Positions 47,076-58,733 of a stretch of DNA of 64,000 nucleotides are shown piece after piece. Made by a program: the position numbers and the translations under genes. The stretch is taken from positions 211,460 to 275,459 of the forward strand of contig CAZWAV010000001.1 of assembly GCA_964631935.1 (NCBI GenBank). Direction: 5' to 3'. Position 1 is the stretch's first letter; each line of letters starts with the position of its first letter. Under the pieces are notes generated by a model. It did no database searches. It saw only the letters and a list, made by a program, of their open reading frames with translations, and was not told where the DNA came from. The DNA is from an uncultured Candidatus Saccharibacteria bacterium. Lineage in GTDB: Bacteria; Patescibacteriota; Minisyncoccia; Phycocordibacterales; UBA9973.

Positions 47076-48293
47076 CTATTTCAAAAAATTTTTACCTCTT
47101 TTGTTTTTATGAAATGCAATGCCAAATCTATGAGCCTCACTATTTGAAAGTAGAATTGATTTTTTATGAATTTTAATAATAGATTCATCTCCCACTAAAG
47201 CCTTAGCTTTATGTCTGTCATCTTTGACAACAGCTACTATCGGTATAGAAAACTGGTAGCGATCAAGAACCCTTTTGGCCACATTCATCTGAGCAGTACT
47301 ACCATCAACGACAACAAGAGAAGGTATTCCCCATTCTATATGGCGAAAACGACGAGAAAGCACCTCTTCTAACGCCCCAGTATCATTTGAGCCAGTCTGG
47401 GTACGAATAATAAATTTCTTGTATTCAATCTTTGCAACTTCCCCATTTTCTATGACAGTCATAACTCCAACCATATTCTTGCCAGACATATGGGCAATAT
47501 CGTAAGCTTCTATTCTAAAAAGAGCAGAAGTAATATTTTGCGAAGTATCTTCTTTAATCAGAGCCACATCATTTATATGCTCAAGGGCAAAAATTTTCTT
47601 CTTTATTTCTCCTGCTTTTTCAAATTCTTTTTTATTGGCGAGTGCCATCATCTCTTTCTTAAAATTTAGAATGATTTTTTTCTTTTTACCTTGAAAGAAA
47701 AGTTTTAGGTTAGCGATATTTTTTTTATATGTATTTTTTACTTCTTTACTTCCAACATCTGGTGTAAGTCCGAGCTGGCGATAGAATTCAAAATTGTCAC
47801 GCTTTGCTGATTGAGCATCTATGTATGGGAATATACGGCGGACTATCTTCATAGCATCACGCAACTGAAGACCATTTGGAAATGGGCCATAAGTTGCTTG
47901 GTATTTTTTACTCTCAATTTCTTTTTTGATATTTCTTCCACGCATTATAAGGACTTTTGGTAAATCTTCACGAGTAATACATACATAATTGAAACTCTTA
48001 TTATCTTTCTCTTTTGTATTGTATTTCGGTTGATGTTTTTTTATTAGAGAAGCTTCAAGAATAAGCGCCTCGAGAACACTGTCCGTCTCTTGCCACTTTA
48101 GTTTATCCGCTTGGACAATCATATCAAGTATCAGGGGTCCGCGGGTAGCAATCAAATCTTTCGTAAAATAACTTCGCACGCGGGATTGAAGCGAAGTAGC
48201 TTTACCTATATAGAGAAGGTTTTTACCTTTGTAGAAGAAATATACTCCAGGCTTTTCTGGGATCTTAAGTTTTTTCAGAAATTGACTTTTCAT
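47076..48293 (-). CDS. uvrC: Excinuclease ABC subunit C, short form (GIY-YIG + RNase H-like endonuclease domain, no HhH tail)
   Basis: GVYFFYKGKNLLYIGKATSLQSRVRSYF (GIY-YIG); C-terminal SNSEAHRFGIAFHKNKR (UvrC EAHRFAI motif); only 405 aa. Confidence 0.7.
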   Translation of the reverse strand: MKSQFLKKLKIPEKPGVYFFYKGKNLLYIGKATSLQSRVRSYFTKDLIATRGPLILDMIVQADKLKWQETDSVLEALILEASLIKKHQPKYNTKEKDNKSFNYVCITREDLPKVLIMRGRNIKKEIESKKYQATYGPFPNGLQLRDAMKIVRRIFPYIDAQSAKRDNFEFYRQLGLTPDVGSKEVKNTYKKNIANLKLFFQGKKKKIILNFKKEMMALANKKEFEKAGEIKKKIFALEHINDVALIKEDTSQNITSALFRIEAYDIAHMSGKNMVGVMTVIENGEVAKIEYKKFIIRTQTGSNDTGALEEVLSRRFRHIEWGIPSLVVVDGSTAQMNVAKRVLDRYQFSIPIVAVVKDDRHKAKALVGDESIIKIHKKSILLSNSEAHRFGIAFHKNKRGKNFLK

Positions 48294-48341
48294 TGCCTTA
48301 CTATATGATAAATCTAAGTAAAAAACAAAAAATCAAACCAT

Positions 48342-48653
48342 ATGCCAGGAAAAAAATATGAAAAGCACCCGTTGTTTGATTCTAGTATGAACCACGAAAT
48401 AATTTTCTATTCTGGAATTATAGTCCTTGTCTTAGCTACTATATATTTACTATGGAATACACGTCGTATACCAAAAATTGTATTTATAGAAGCATTATTA
48501 CTTTTAATAGCCTCTTTAGGAGTTTTTTATCTTATATTAAAAGTAGATATGCCATGGCCACTTACAATCATGGCTGGAGCTACTGGGGTCGTAATAACCA
48601 CAATAGTATTAATATTGGTTAAACACGGGAAAAGACATAAAAGCGATAACTAA
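48342..48653 (+). CDS. Small membrane protein, hypothetical
   Basis: 103 aa, 3 hydrophobic helices. Confidence 0.4.
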   Translation: MPGKKYEKHPLFDSSMNHEIIFYSGIIVLVLATIYLLWNTRRIPKIVFIEALLLLIASLGVFYLILKVDMPWPLTIMAGATGVVITTIVLILVKHGKRHKSDN

Positions 48654-48732
48654 TTTCGCTTTTATTTTTTATCTTATTATTGACTTTTCTTAAAAAGTAT
48701 AGTATTATATGAGTGAAACAAAATAATATAGA

Positions 48733-49185
48733 ATGAAAAATATTAAAAAGTGTTTTGGTGGAAGTAGGAAACTAACCCTACCTTCTATTGTTAAAAAAGG
48801 AGAGATAGGCTGGGTATCTGATATTTCAAACACAATACCTGAAGAGATAAAAAGTATAATGAGAAAAATACTTAATGATACAGAAATAATTGATCCTAAA
48901 AGTTTTATACTCCTTATTAATTCTATTATCTTTATAACAAAAGATACTGGGCCGTTAACATTATGGTTTAAGTATACATACAACTTCTGTTATGTGATAA
49001 CTTTTTCAGATAGACAAGATATCGTCTTGAGAAGAAATTATAAAGATACAGTTCTACTTTTTCATAAGGACAATGAAAACATATTAAGCTATTCTGAGGA
49101 TCATTACACTGTCGAAGGTATTATTGTACTTGAAAATTTATTAAAAAACCTTTTGAAATCAAAAGAGCACGAACCGGCTATATAG
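48733..49185 (+). CDS. Hypothetical protein
   Basis: 150 aa, no motif. Confidence 0.4.
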   Translation: MKNIKKCFGGSRKLTLPSIVKKGEIGWVSDISNTIPEEIKSIMRKILNDTEIIDPKSFILLINSIIFITKDTGPLTLWFKYTYNFCYVITFSDRQDIVLRRNYKDTVLLFHKDNENILSYSEDHYTVEGIIVLENLLKNLLKSKEHEPAI

Positions 49186-49249
49186 GTTCTTTTTTTATTG
49201 ACTTTTAGTCAAAAAACTATATCATCAGTTTTAACTAAAATTTACAGCC

Positions 49250-49486
49250 ATGAAGGACTTATTGCATTCTTTCAGTGAACTTTCAGGTTTTAAGAAGTTT
49301 ATTGTGGTGAGTTATTTTTCATCATTCTTAGCCTTATTAATAGGTCTTATTGGGTTCTTTTTTACTGATGAAAAAAACAAGAAAAAATTTGGGTTCTTTT
49401 GTTTTTTATTATTAATTAGTTTAATACTATTTATGATTATTAGCATGATGGACAAAATTGTTTTCTGGGGAAAAATCTTTCAATAA
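49250..49486 (+). CDS. Small membrane protein, hypothetical
   Basis: 78 aa, two TM helices. Confidence 0.35.
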   Translation: MKDLLHSFSELSGFKKFIVVSYFSSFLALLIGLIGFFFTDEKNKKKFGFFCFLLLISLILFMIISMMDKIVFWGKIFQ

Positions 49487-49504
49487 AAACAACACTGAAA
49501 CAGA

Positions 49505-49534
49505 GAAAGAGCTGGATTAACAGCTCTTTTTTAT
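49505..49534. terminator. Bidirectional rho-independent terminator (convergent small ORF / uvrA)
   Basis: aaagagctg-gattaa-cagctcttttttat. Confidence 0.65.
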
Positions 49535-52128
49535 TTCCTCTTCAGAACTTTTTTCAAATACTTACCTGTGTAAGACGCAGGGGTATTGGCAACCTCTTCA
49601 GGCGTACCACGAGCGACAATCTTACCGCCACCTACTCCCCCTTCAGGGCCTATATCGATAATATAATCTGCGCATTTTATGATATCCATATTATGCTCAA
49701 TAAGAACAACCGTGTTTCCTTTATCTACGAGTTTATTTAACACTTCGAGAAGTTTCGCTACATCATCATAATGAAGTCCAACTGTCGGCTCATCCAAGAG
49801 ATATATAGTTTTTTCCAGATGAGGCCGGTAAAGCTCTGAAGAGATTTTTACGCGCTGTGCTTCCCCTCCTGAAAGAGTAGTAGCTGATTGGCCAAGCTTT
49901 ATGTACCCGAGACCTACATCCATTAAAGTTTTCAATCTATCATAAACATTTGGAATATCTTCAAAGAAAACTACCGCTTCTTCGATAGTAAGCTGGAGAA
50001 CTTCGTAAATATTTTTCTTTTTATATTTTATTATTAGTGTCTCTTTATCAAATCTCTTTCCATTACAGACATCACAAGTGACATAGACTGTTGGCAAGAA
50101 GTGCATTTCAACGGCTATCTCTCCATTACCTTCACAGGCTTCACAACGCCCACCTTTCACATTGAAAGAGAATCTGTTGGACTTCCAGCCACGAAGACGA
50201 GCGTCTTCACTGGCCGCGAATAGATCACGTATATGAGTAAATGCTCCTGTATATGTAGCTATATTTGAGCGTGGAGTACGCCCAATAGCAGATTGGTCTA
50301 TAAGAATAGCGCGAGATAAGTACTCAGTACCTGTAAAAGAGGCGCAGTTGTAGACATTGGCGCTACGAGTCTTTCTTTCGTATCTAGTCTGAAGGTTTTT
50401 ATGTAATATCTCGTACATAAATGAACTTTTACCAGATCCGGAAACTCCAGTTATAACTACCATCTTTCCAAGAGGAACTTCTGCGTTTAAATTATCTATA
50501 TTGAAAACTTTTCCACCGACAATTTTAAGAGAACCTTTATCATTTGTCCGACGCTTATCTGGTATTTCGATTCGTACCTCATTGCGAAGATAAGAAAGAG
50601 TACGGGACTTGGAAGGATTTGTCTTCGCTGTAAGCAGAGGCTCCAAATAATCTGACACAATTACTTGTCCACCATGTACTCCCGCTTTCGGACCAATATC
50701 TACGATATAGTCAGATGCATAAATAGTATCTTCATCATGTTCAACAACAATAATCGTATTGCCTAGATCACGAAGATCAAGGAGTGTCTTAATCAATCGC
50801 TCATTATCACGCTGATGTAAACCAATTGTTGGTTCATCAAGTACATACAAAGCACCGACAAGGCGTGAGCCTAGCTGAGAAGCAAGTCGGATACGTTGAG
50901 CTTCCCCACCAGAGAGAGTATTAGCTTTACGATCAAGCGATAGATATTCAAGCCCCACATTCAAAAGGAATTGAAGCCTAGCTTCAATCTCTTTGATTAC
51001 AACTTTAGAAATTTCTTTTTCTTGTTCGTTTAATTCTAATTCAATAAAATAGTCCGCAACTTGCTGTATAGATAAATGCGTAAGCTTTACTATATTTATA
51101 CCTTTTGTTTTACCTAAGAATACATGTAGTGCTTCAGTACGAAGTCTTGCCCCTCCGCAATCATCACAGGCTTCCGTACCACCGAAATATTTCGTACCGA
51201 GGCCATTACATGTAGGACATGCACCATATGGTGAGTTGAAAGAAAATAATCTTGGCTCTACTTCAGGAAATGAAAATCCATCACGAGGGCAAGCAAATTT
51301 TGAAGACATCAAAAATTCTTCATCAGCAATAGAAATAGTCACAAGCCCTTCAGATTCTACAAGAGCGCGCTCAATAGCTTCAGCAAGTCTCATGCGGGCA
51401 TCTTCTGGAGTATCACGAAATTCGTGAATCTGGAAAGAGTCTACTAATACATCAATGTCATGCTTCTTGGTCTTTGATATATCTATACGCTCACGAAGGT
51501 TACGCATTTCTCCGTCCATACGAACTTTTGTAAAACCTTTATTGAGTAAATCGTAAAGGAGCTGATAGTACTCACCCTTTCTACCGCGAATAATAGGAGA
51601 ATAAATTGCAATTGGCGTCTCGTCCCATTCAACACCCATGACCCTCTTTTTACCTGCTGGTTTTTGATGACCTTTGATCTTTTTCAAAACGAAATTCATT
51701 ATTTCTTCATTAGAAAGTTTCTTGATCTCATCTCCACATTCTGGGCAGTGTGGTCGGCCAATGCGCGCATAAAGAACACGAAGATAGTCGTATATCTCAG
51801 TAATGGTCGCTACTGTTGAACGAGGATTATTTGAGCGAGATTTCTGATCGATAGAAATAGCCGGGGAAAGACCAGTAATCTCATCAACGTCGGGCTTTGG
51901 CATTTGATTTAGAAATTGGCGAGCATAAGCAGAAAGAGATTCAACATAACGACGCTGACCTTCAGCAAAAATAGTATCGAAAGCAAGAGAAGATTTACCA
52001 GAGCCAGACATACCAGTAATAACCACCATTTTATTGCGTGGCATTTCTACGTTTATATTTTTAAGGTTATGCGTCCGTGCACCCTTAACTATAATTGAAT
52101 TGCTTATGTCTTTCTTCATAAAAGTCAT
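49531..52128 (-). CDS. uvrA: Excinuclease ABC subunit A (compact, 865 aa)
   Basis: ARTHNLKNI...[37 protein letters not shown]; second ABC module LSGGEAQR; zinc-finger Cys clusters. Confidence 0.9.
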   Translation of the reverse strand: MTFMKKDISNSIIVKGARTHNLKNINVEMPRNKMVVITGMSGSGKSSLAFDTIFAEGQRRYVESLSAYARQFLNQMPKPDVDEITGLSPAISIDQKSRSNNPRSTVATITEIYDYLRVLYARIGRPHCPECGDEIKKLSNEEIMNFVLKKIKGHQKPAGKKRVMGVEWDETPIAIYSPIIRGRKGEYYQLLYDLLNKGFTKVRMDGEMRNLRERIDISKTKKHDIDVLVDSFQIHEFRDTPEDARMRLAEAIERALVESEGLVTISIADEEFLMSSKFACPRDGFSFPEVEPRLFSFNSPYGACPTCNGLGTKYFGGTEACDDCGGARLRTEALHVFLGKTKGINIVKLTHLSIQQVADYFIELELNEQEKEISKVVIKEIEARLQFLLNVGLEYLSLDRKANTLSGGEAQRIRLASQLGSRLVGALYVLDEPTIGLHQRDNERLIKTLLDLRDLGNTIIVVEHDEDTIYASDYIVDIGPKAGVHGGQVIVSDYLEPLLTAKTNPSKSRTLSYLRNEVRIEIPDKRRTNDKGSLKIVGGKVFNIDNLNAEVPLGKMVVITGVSGSGKSSFMYEILHKNLQTRYERKTRSANVYNCASFTGTEYLSRAILIDQSAIGRTPRSNIATYTGAFTHIRDLFAASEDARLRGWKSNRFSFNVKGGRCEACEGNGEIAVEMHFLPTVYVTCDVCNGKRFDKETLIIKYKKKNIYEVLQLTIEEAVVFFEDIPNVYDRLKTLMDVGLGYIKLGQSATTLSGGEAQRVKISSELYRPHLEKTIYLLDEPTVGLHYDDVAKLLEVLNKLVDKGNTVVLIEHNMDIIKCADYIIDIGPEGGVGGGKIVARGTPEEVANTPASYTGKYLKKVLKRK

Positions 52129-52148
52129 TCAGTATAACACTTTTTTAA

Positions 52149-54263
52149 CTATTTTTCCATTCTCCTTTTTAATACCATTATTTCATCACGGAGAATTGCG
52201 GCAGTTTCGAAGTCGAGAGTTTTGACGGCGCTATTCATCTCTTTCTCTTTTATTTTAATTATTTTTTCGTAGACTGATTTATTGCGATCTTCGTCAGATA
52301 GAAGTGTATTTTTAATAGCTTTTGATTCTGTTTTACCTTTATTACTTTTATCTTTAATAAACGCTTTCTTAAATAGCTCTACATCTAGATCAAGCTCCGC
52401 ATTCACAGCTTTCTCATGTTTATTCTCAAGCTCTTCAGTAATATCTTTAATTCTTTTTATAATAGTTTTTGGAGTAATACCGTGCTTCTTATTGTAAGCC
52501 ACCTGTATTGCTCGGCGCCGGTTCGTCTCACCTATCGCACGCTCAAGTGAGCCTGTCATAACATCAGCGTACAGAATCACTTTCCCTTCTACGTTTCTCG
52601 CAGCACGACCTATAGTCTGAATGAGTGAAGTCTCCGAGCGAAGGAATCCTTCCTTGTCTGCATCTAGTATTCCAATGAGTGCAACTTCAGGTAGGTCCAA
52701 TCCTTCACGGAGCAAGTTTACTCCAACCAATATATCCATCTCCCCTTTTCGGAATGCAGTTAATATTTGGATACGCTCAATCGTTTTTATCTCACTATGT
52801 AAATATTCTGCTTTGATACCTTTCTCTTTTAGGTATATTGATAAGTCTTCAGCCATGCGTTTTGTTAGAGTAGTAGCTAAAACCCTAAAACCACTCTTAA
52901 TAGTTTTTTCAGCTTCGGCAATGAAATCCTGTATCTGGCCTGGATAGTTCGAAGGGTCAGCACTAACTGGCCTAACTATTACTTCGGGATCTATAAGACC
53001 AGTCGGCCGAATAATTTGCTCAACTATCTGCTCGCTCACTTCGCGTTCAAGCTTTGATGGTGTCGCAGACACGTAAACTACTTGTCCAATTCTTTCTTCA
53101 AACTCTGGATATTTAAGCGGTCGGTTATCTTTTGCACTTGGAAGGCGAAATCCGAATTCTACAAGAGTATTCTTTCTTGACGCATCGCCGGCATACATTC
53201 CATTTAGTTGCGGAAGAGTTACATGTGATTCATCGATAATAGTTAAAAAATCAAGTTCTCCATCTTTTGTCTTTGGGAAATATGAAAGCAAGGTCTCTGG
53301 TGCTTCACCTTCCTTTTTGCCAGATAGGTGGCGAGAGTAATTCTCAATACCATTACAATATCCAATCTCTTTAATCATCGCTAAATCATAAGTTGTTCGG
53401 CGTTTGATACGCTCTGCTTCTAAGAGTTTGCCTTCTTTTTCAAAATGTTTGAGCTGTAATGCAAGTTCAGCCTTTATATTTTTTACTGCTTTTTCAACTT
53501 GGCCTTTTTCAGTAATAAAGTGCTTGGTTGGGAATAAGAAAACATTCTCTTCTTCTTTTATGATATGCGAAGATACTGGATCAACTTTTGCAATACGCGA
53601 AATAACTCCACCAGCAAATTCTATTTGATACACAAACGTCTCAGACACAGGCATGACTTCTACTTTCGCACCAATGGACCGAAATTGTCCAGAATTAATA
53701 TCTGCATTGGTACGCTCAAAGTGAACTTCGATAAGCTTCTTCATGAGTGTCGTTCTGTCAATTTTCATACCCTTTGCAAGTTTTAGATTTACCTTTTCAT
53801 ATTCTTCAGGCGAACCCAAACCGTAAATACAAGATACTGATGCAACTATGATCACATCTCTACGGGTTAGAAGGGCTTGTGTAGTGGCATGACGTAATCT
53901 GTCAATTTCTTTATTAATCTGCGCGTCTTTTTCTATATACGTATCCGTCACAGGCATATAGGCTTCCGGCTGATAGTAGTCATAATATGATACGAAGTAG
54001 TGCACTGCTGCATCTGGAAAAAATTCGCGGAACTCTTGAGCGAGCTGAGCAGCAAGTGTTTTATTGTGAGCTATCACTAATGTCGGCTTGTTCCATTCTT
54101 CTATGACATTGGCCATAGTAAAAGTCTTACCTGTACCCGTAGCCCCTAGAAGCGTTTGTTTTTGCATACCTTTATCAAGACCCTTGAGCAACTCTGAAAT
54201 AGCCTTTGGTTGGTCACCATCAGGCTTATATTCACTTTTGAGTTTGAAAACTTTATTTGCCAT
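52149..54263 (-). CDS. uvrB: Excinuclease ABC subunit B
   Basis: [17 protein letters not shown]...[15 protein letters not shown]; helicase motifs; C-terminal UVR domain ([12 protein letters not shown]). Confidence 0.9.
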   Translation of the reverse strand: MANKVFKLKSEYKPDGDQPKAISELLKGLDKGMQKQTLLGATGTGKTFTMANVIEEWNKPTLVIAHNKTLAAQLAQEFREFFPDAAVHYFVSYYDYYQPEAYMPVTDTYIEKDAQINKEIDRLRHATTQALLTRRDVIIVASVSCIYGLGSPEEYEKVNLKLAKGMKIDRTTLMKKLIEVHFERTNADINSGQFRSIGAKVEVMPVSETFVYQIEFAGGVISRIAKVDPVSSHIIKEEENVFLFPTKHFITEKGQVEKAVKNIKAELALQLKHFEKEGKLLEAERIKRRTTYDLAMIKEIGYCNGIENYSRHLSGKKEGEAPETLLSYFPKTKDGELDFLTIIDESHVTLPQLNGMYAGDASRKNTLVEFGFRLPSAKDNRPLKYPEFEERIGQVVYVSATPSKLEREVSEQIVEQIIRPTGLIDPEVIVRPVSADPSNYPGQIQDFIAEAEKTIKSGFRVLATTLTKRMAEDLSIYLKEKGIKAEYLHSEIKTIERIQILTAFRKGEMDILVGVNLLREGLDLPEVALIGILDADKEGFLRSETSLIQTIGRAARNVEGKVILYADVMTGSLERAIGETNRRRAIQVAYNKKHGITPKTIIKRIKDITEELENKHEKAVNAELDLDVELFKKAFIKDKSNKGKTESKAIKNTLLSDEDRNKSVYEKIIKIKEKEMNSAVKTLDFETAAILRDEIMVLKRRMEK

Positions 54264-55455
54264 ATGTATTTAAAAATTCTTTCTTAAATTCAAAAAACTT
54301 ACCCTCCAAGATTGCTTTCCTCATACAATCAACGAGGTCAGTAATAAAGTATACATTGTGTATTGAAGAAAGTGTAGCAGCTTCCATTTCCTTTGCTCTA
54401 AAAAGATGAGAGAGATACGCACGAGTATAGTTTGTACAGGTATAACATTTACACCCTTCGTCCACGGGGGTAAAATCTTTTATAAATTGTGAATTGAAAA
54501 GATTTATTTTTCCATTCTTTGTGAAGAGTGTGCCGTTGCGAGCAATACGAGTAGGACCGACGCAATCAAAGAGATCTACTCCATTTTCTACTCCCATAAA
54601 TAAATCTTCTGGCTCTCCTATTCCAAGTAAATGCCGTGGTTTATCTTCAGGAAGAATTTCATTTACCCATTTCACCGCAGTACTCATGTCTTCTTTAGCA
54701 AATGAGCCCCCTATGCCAAATCCATCGAAATCCATTTCACCGATAATTTGTGCAGATTTTTTTCTTAGTGTTTCTGAACGTCCTCCTTGGACAATACCAA
54801 ATAGTGCCTGTCTTTCTGAATTATCTTTTGACTTATGATACTCGAGTGAACGTTTAGCCCAAGCATGGGTACGAGAAAGCGCTTCGTCTTGATATAGATC
54901 GGTTTCAGTTGGCGAAGTGCATTCATCAAAAGCAAATATAATATCAGCACCAAGATTATGCTGAATCTCTATGGATCTCTCAGGAGTAATATAATGCATC
55001 GATCCATCTAAGTGTGATTTGAAAGAGACACCATCATTACTAACTTTCGCGAGTGGAATCACACTATCAATAGAACGTTCAGGAATCAGAAAATTTGGAT
55101 CTGTTACTGTTGTGACTTTTGAAATTTCTTTGCCATAGGCAGCTCCTAGAGAAAAAACTTGGAAACCTCCAGAGTCTGTCATTGCCGGCCCATGCCAATT
55201 CATAAATTTATGGAGCCCTCCTGCATCACGCACTAATTCATCGCCGGGCTGTAGATATAAGTGATACGTATTAGCAAGGACTACTTGCGAACCAATATCT
55301 TTCAAGTGCTCTGGAGTTAGAGCTTTGACGCTTGCCTTAGTACCAACAACAACAAAAGATGGTGTCTGTATTACTCCGTGGGGTGTGGTAATGGCACCAG
55401 CTCTTCCAAGAGAGCCTTCAAGCCTCTTTTCTATTTTAAATTCTAAAGCTTTCAT
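54253..55455 (-). CDS. tgt: Queuine tRNA-ribosyltransferase
   Basis: GAITTPHGVIQTPSFVVVGT; zinc site CKCYTCTNYTRAYLSHL; 400 aa. Confidence 0.9.
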   Translation of the reverse strand: MKALEFKIEKRLEGSLGRAGAITTPHGVIQTPSFVVVGTKASVKALTPEHLKDIGSQVVLANTYHLYLQPGDELVRDAGGLHKFMNWHGPAMTDSGGFQVFSLGAAYGKEISKVTTVTDPNFLIPERSIDSVIPLAKVSNDGVSFKSHLDGSMHYITPERSIEIQHNLGADIIFAFDECTSPTETDLYQDEALSRTHAWAKRSLEYHKSKDNSERQALFGIVQGGRSETLRKKSAQIIGEMDFDGFGIGGSFAKEDMSTAVKWVNEILPEDKPRHLLGIGEPEDLFMGVENGVDLFDCVGPTRIARNGTLFTKNGKINLFNSQFIKDFTPVDEGCKCYTCTNYTRAYLSHLFRAKEMEAATLSSIHNVYFITDLVDCMRKAILEGKFFEFKKEFLNTYGK

Positions 55456-55464
55456 TAATATATT

Positions 55465-56262
55465 TTAATTAGTTTTTACTTGTACCCATTTTAGACTTTG
55501 GATATTAATCGGTGAACGAAGAAGAACCTTTTTTACTGGATCCGTAGGGCTTGAGATTAGAGAGTCTACAACAGCAAGAACTTCAGATATAGCATTTGGT
55601 AATACAATAAGCTTTCCATTTTCTGCTGGAAGGTCAATAGGTATAGTCATTTCAAAATTTCCGCCGCCGCGTCCTGTAAGTTCAACGCTTGTATTTGATC
55701 CGTCCATAACAGCTTCTGTAATTTGACCTGGGTTTGAATAGAGCATTACTAAAGAAGCTTTGTCATAGACTTTACTAATCTCACCAATAGGCATATTTCC
55801 ATTTGCAAATACTTGCATACCTTCTGTTATGCCACCGTTACTACCGATATCGATAATAATAGTATCGTACGGTGAACGATTTGGCTTAGTTAGAATAGTA
55901 GCTAAAGTAAAATTATATTTCTGTGGCGCTCTACCCAATAATTCTTTTATCTGTTCATTTTCTGATTTCAATATTTGATAGTCAATCATACTATTTTTGA
56001 GATCAGTATTCTCTTGTTTTAATTTTTCATTTTCGGCAAAAACTGACGCCTTTGTTCTAATTATATATTTTGAATTCTCTGCAGTATAAGTAATAGCATT
56101 CTCTGCTTTCCAAATAGGCCTACCGACTAAATTAAATAATTTACCAGACCAAGAAAAAAATCCCAGAATAGCTAATACTAAAAGAGTACCGATAATTAGT
56201 AGATTACGGATAATATTTTTCCTCTTTGATATTCTTTTTTTATCGCGGAGCTGATGTATCAT
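55465..56262 (-). CDS. mreC: Rod shape-determining protein MreC
   Basis: N-terminal TM, coiled coil, C-terminal beta-domain; immediately downstream of mreB with 23-nt overlap. Confidence 0.8.
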   Translation of the reverse strand: MIHQLRDKKRISKRKNIIRNLLIIGTLLVLAILGFFSWSGKLFNLVGRPIWKAENAITYTAENSKYIIRTKASVFAENEKLKQENTDLKNSMIDYQILKSENEQIKELLGRAPQKYNFTLATILTKPNRSPYDTIIIDIGSNGGITEGMQVFANGNMPIGEISKVYDKASLVMLYSNPGQITEAVMDGSNTSVELTGRGGGNFEMTIPIDLPAENGKLIVLPNAISEVLAVVDSLISSPTDPVKKVLLRSPINIQSLKWVQVKTN

Positions 56263-57286
56263 CTGTGTTTACTAAAACTTCTCTAAAAGATTCAAAATCA
56301 TCAAGTATAACTCCTGTACCTCTTGCCACAGCAGTCAAAGGATCCTCGGCTACATATATTGGTATTTTTAAACTATTACCGATCAAGACGTCAAAACCAC
56401 GCAATAATGCCCCACCACCTGAAAGAACGAGACCTCTATGCATAATATCAGAGAGAAGTTCTGGCGGAGTAGTTTCTAAGACTTCTTTTATACCATCTAC
56501 TAGAGAAAGGACTGATGGCATAATAGCTTCACGAATATCTGAATCAGTTACAATAACTTGGCGAGGCAATCCTGTAACAAGATCACGGCCACGGACTTCA
56601 GCTTCCATTGACTCACCTTCTATGACTGAACCAATAGCAATTTTTACATTTTCAGCTGTTCTCTCGCCTATCAAAAGTTTAAATTCATCCTTCATGTAGT
56701 TTACAATATTTGTGTTGAGTAAATCTCCAGCGATTTTTAAATTTTTTGATCTGACAACACCAGAGAGTGATATTACAGCAACATCGGTCGTGCCTCCACC
56801 AATATCAACAATTACAGAACCCATGGCTTCTTTTACTGGTAGACGAATACCCACAGCAGCACTCATAGGCTCTTCGATAATATGGACTTCCCGAGCACCG
56901 GCCGAACGTGCCGCGTCTTCAACAGCACGAATTTCTACGTTCGTAATACCAGTAGGCACTCCCACAAGAACACGAGGACGAATAAATTTCTTTGACATTT
57001 TTTCTGCTTTACCAATTAAGTATGAGAGCATCTCTTCTGTGACTTCGAAATCAGAAATTACTCCATCTACTATAGGCCGAACGGCACGGACGTGACCTGG
57101 AGTACGGCCAAGCATTGCTTTGGCCTCAGCACCAACAGCTACTATCTGTCCAGTCTTTTGATTTACAACAACAACAGATGGTTCATTTATAACAATACCG
57201 TGCCCTTTTAAATACACGAGCGTATTAGCAGTGCCAAGGTCTATACCGATATCGTTCGAAAACATTTTGTAAAATTTTTTAAACAT
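56240..57286 (-). CDS. mreB: Rod shape-determining actin homolog MreB
   Basis: IGIDLGTANTLVY...; DIGGGTTDVAVISL; 348 aa. Confidence 0.9.
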   Translation of the reverse strand: MFKKFYKMFSNDIGIDLGTANTLVYLKGHGIVINEPSVVVVNQKTGQIVAVGAEAKAMLGRTPGHVRAVRPIVDGVISDFEVTEEMLSYLIGKAEKMSKKFIRPRVLVGVPTGITNVEIRAVEDAARSAGAREVHIIEEPMSAAVGIRLPVKEAMGSVIVDIGGGTTDVAVISLSGVVRSKNLKIAGDLLNTNIVNYMKDEFKLLIGERTAENVKIAIGSVIEGESMEAEVRGRDLVTGLPRQVIVTDSDIREAIMPSVLSLVDGIKEVLETTPPELLSDIMHRGLVLSGGGALLRGFDVLIGNSLKIPIYVAEDPLTAVARGTGVILDDFESFREVLVNTDDTSAPR

Positions 57287-58544
57287 TTTTTAATTCACCG
57301 AGCAGTTGCTCTTTAGTCACAATTTTTCCTCCTTCTTCAGTTCGTCTTTTTATTTCATATCCCCCATCAGCAAGACTTCTCTTTGATACCACAACACGAT
57401 AAGGTATACCTATAAGATCCGCATCAGCAAATTTCTCTCCAGCATTTATTTCATGACGGTCATCAAACAATACTTCTATTCCATTCTGGGTTAGATTTTC
57501 ATAAACAGAATTTGCCTCTTTGATCACATTATCATCTTCACCAAGAACAAGAAGATGAACTTTGAATGGTGCGATTGATTCAGGCCATATAATACCTTTA
57601 CTATCAGATAGAACTTCGACAACCGTACCCATTAATCTACCTGGACCAATGCCATAGCTTCCCATAAATACAGATTTATTCTCACCTCCATCTGTCTGAT
57701 ATTTTAAATTCAGAGCATCAGAAAAACGAGTACCGAGGGTAAAAATGTTACCGACTTCAACAGCACGATTTTCTACAAGAGTTTCCTTTGATAGTCCGAG
57801 GCTTTCTATAACTTCGTCAGTATAAACTTCTTTGTTTATCGCAATACCTTTGTTCTCGTCTACATATATAGTATCTTCACCGGCCCCACTAATAGTTTGG
57901 AATTCGTGAGAGAATTTTGAGAACATACCACCTGAAGCAAAGGTCAGATATGTAAGATGCCCAATACCTACACGTTTAAAGACATTTTTATATGCCTCTT
58001 TAGATTTTTCATAGAATTCATTATGCTCAGTCTCATCTTTTGAGAATGAGTAGAGATCCTTCATTATAAACTCTCGGGTACGCATGATACCGCTTTTCGC
58101 ACGAGTCTCGTTGCGAAACTTTGTTTGAAATTGATAAACATAAAAAGGAAGGTCTCTGTATGACTGCACAAAATCTTTAAGCATTTTTGTCATCGCTGCT
58201 TCGTGGGTTACTGCAAGGCCAAGCTCAGTGTCATTTTTCAATTTAGTTTTAAACCAAACATCAACTTGATCATCACTCCACTGATTGGTCGGTTCCCACG
58301 TAGCACGCTCTTGGAGTGCAGTTAGTGTGACTTCTTGGCCACCTATTGCGTTCATCTCCTCGCGAATGATATTTATAATCTTATTTAAAACACGTAAACC
58401 AAGCGGTAAATACGAATACACCCCCGCCATTTCTTTGTTTACAAAGCCCGCTTTTATTAAAAGTTCAGCATTTAGAGAAACCTCATCTGAAGGATTTTCC
58501 TTCTTTGTTTTAGTGAATAGTTGTGATTGCTTCATATGACACAT
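57279..58544 (-). CDS. proS: Proline--tRNA ligase (short form without editing insertion)
   Basis: Class II aaRS motifs; YSYLPLGLRVLNKI; C-terminal anticodon-binding domain; 421 aa. Confidence 0.85.
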   Translation of the reverse strand: MCHMKQSQLFTKTKKENPSDEVSLNAELLIKAGFVNKEMAGVYSYLPLGLRVLNKIINIIREEMNAIGGQEVTLTALQERATWEPTNQWSDDQVDVWFKTKLKNDTELGLAVTHEAAMTKMLKDFVQSYRDLPFYVYQFQTKFRNETRAKSGIMRTREFIMKDLYSFSKDETEHNEFYEKSKEAYKNVFKRVGIGHLTYLTFASGGMFSKFSHEFQTISGAGEDTIYVDENKGIAINKEVYTDEVIESLGLSKETLVENRAVEVGNIFTLGTRFSDALNLKYQTDGGENKSVFMGSYGIGPGRLMGTVVEVLSDSKGIIWPESIAPFKVHLLVLGEDDNVIKEANSVYENLTQNGIEVLFDDRHEINAGEKFADADLIGIPYRVVVSKRSLADGGYEIKRRTEEGGKIVTKEQLLGELKNV

Positions 58545-58733
58545 ACTACCCTAAAAAACCCTCTTGGTCAAAAAAGATGACTTGCAGAATAATGGTTTTT
58601 CTGGTACTATGACCCTAGGTTCCGTGAGGGATTTTTTAATTTATCTATATTAAAATTTGACCTTGTAAACAAGCTGAAATGCTTAAAAACGGAGCTATTA
58701 TAATTAATTAACCCTTTAATTAGGGATACAAAT

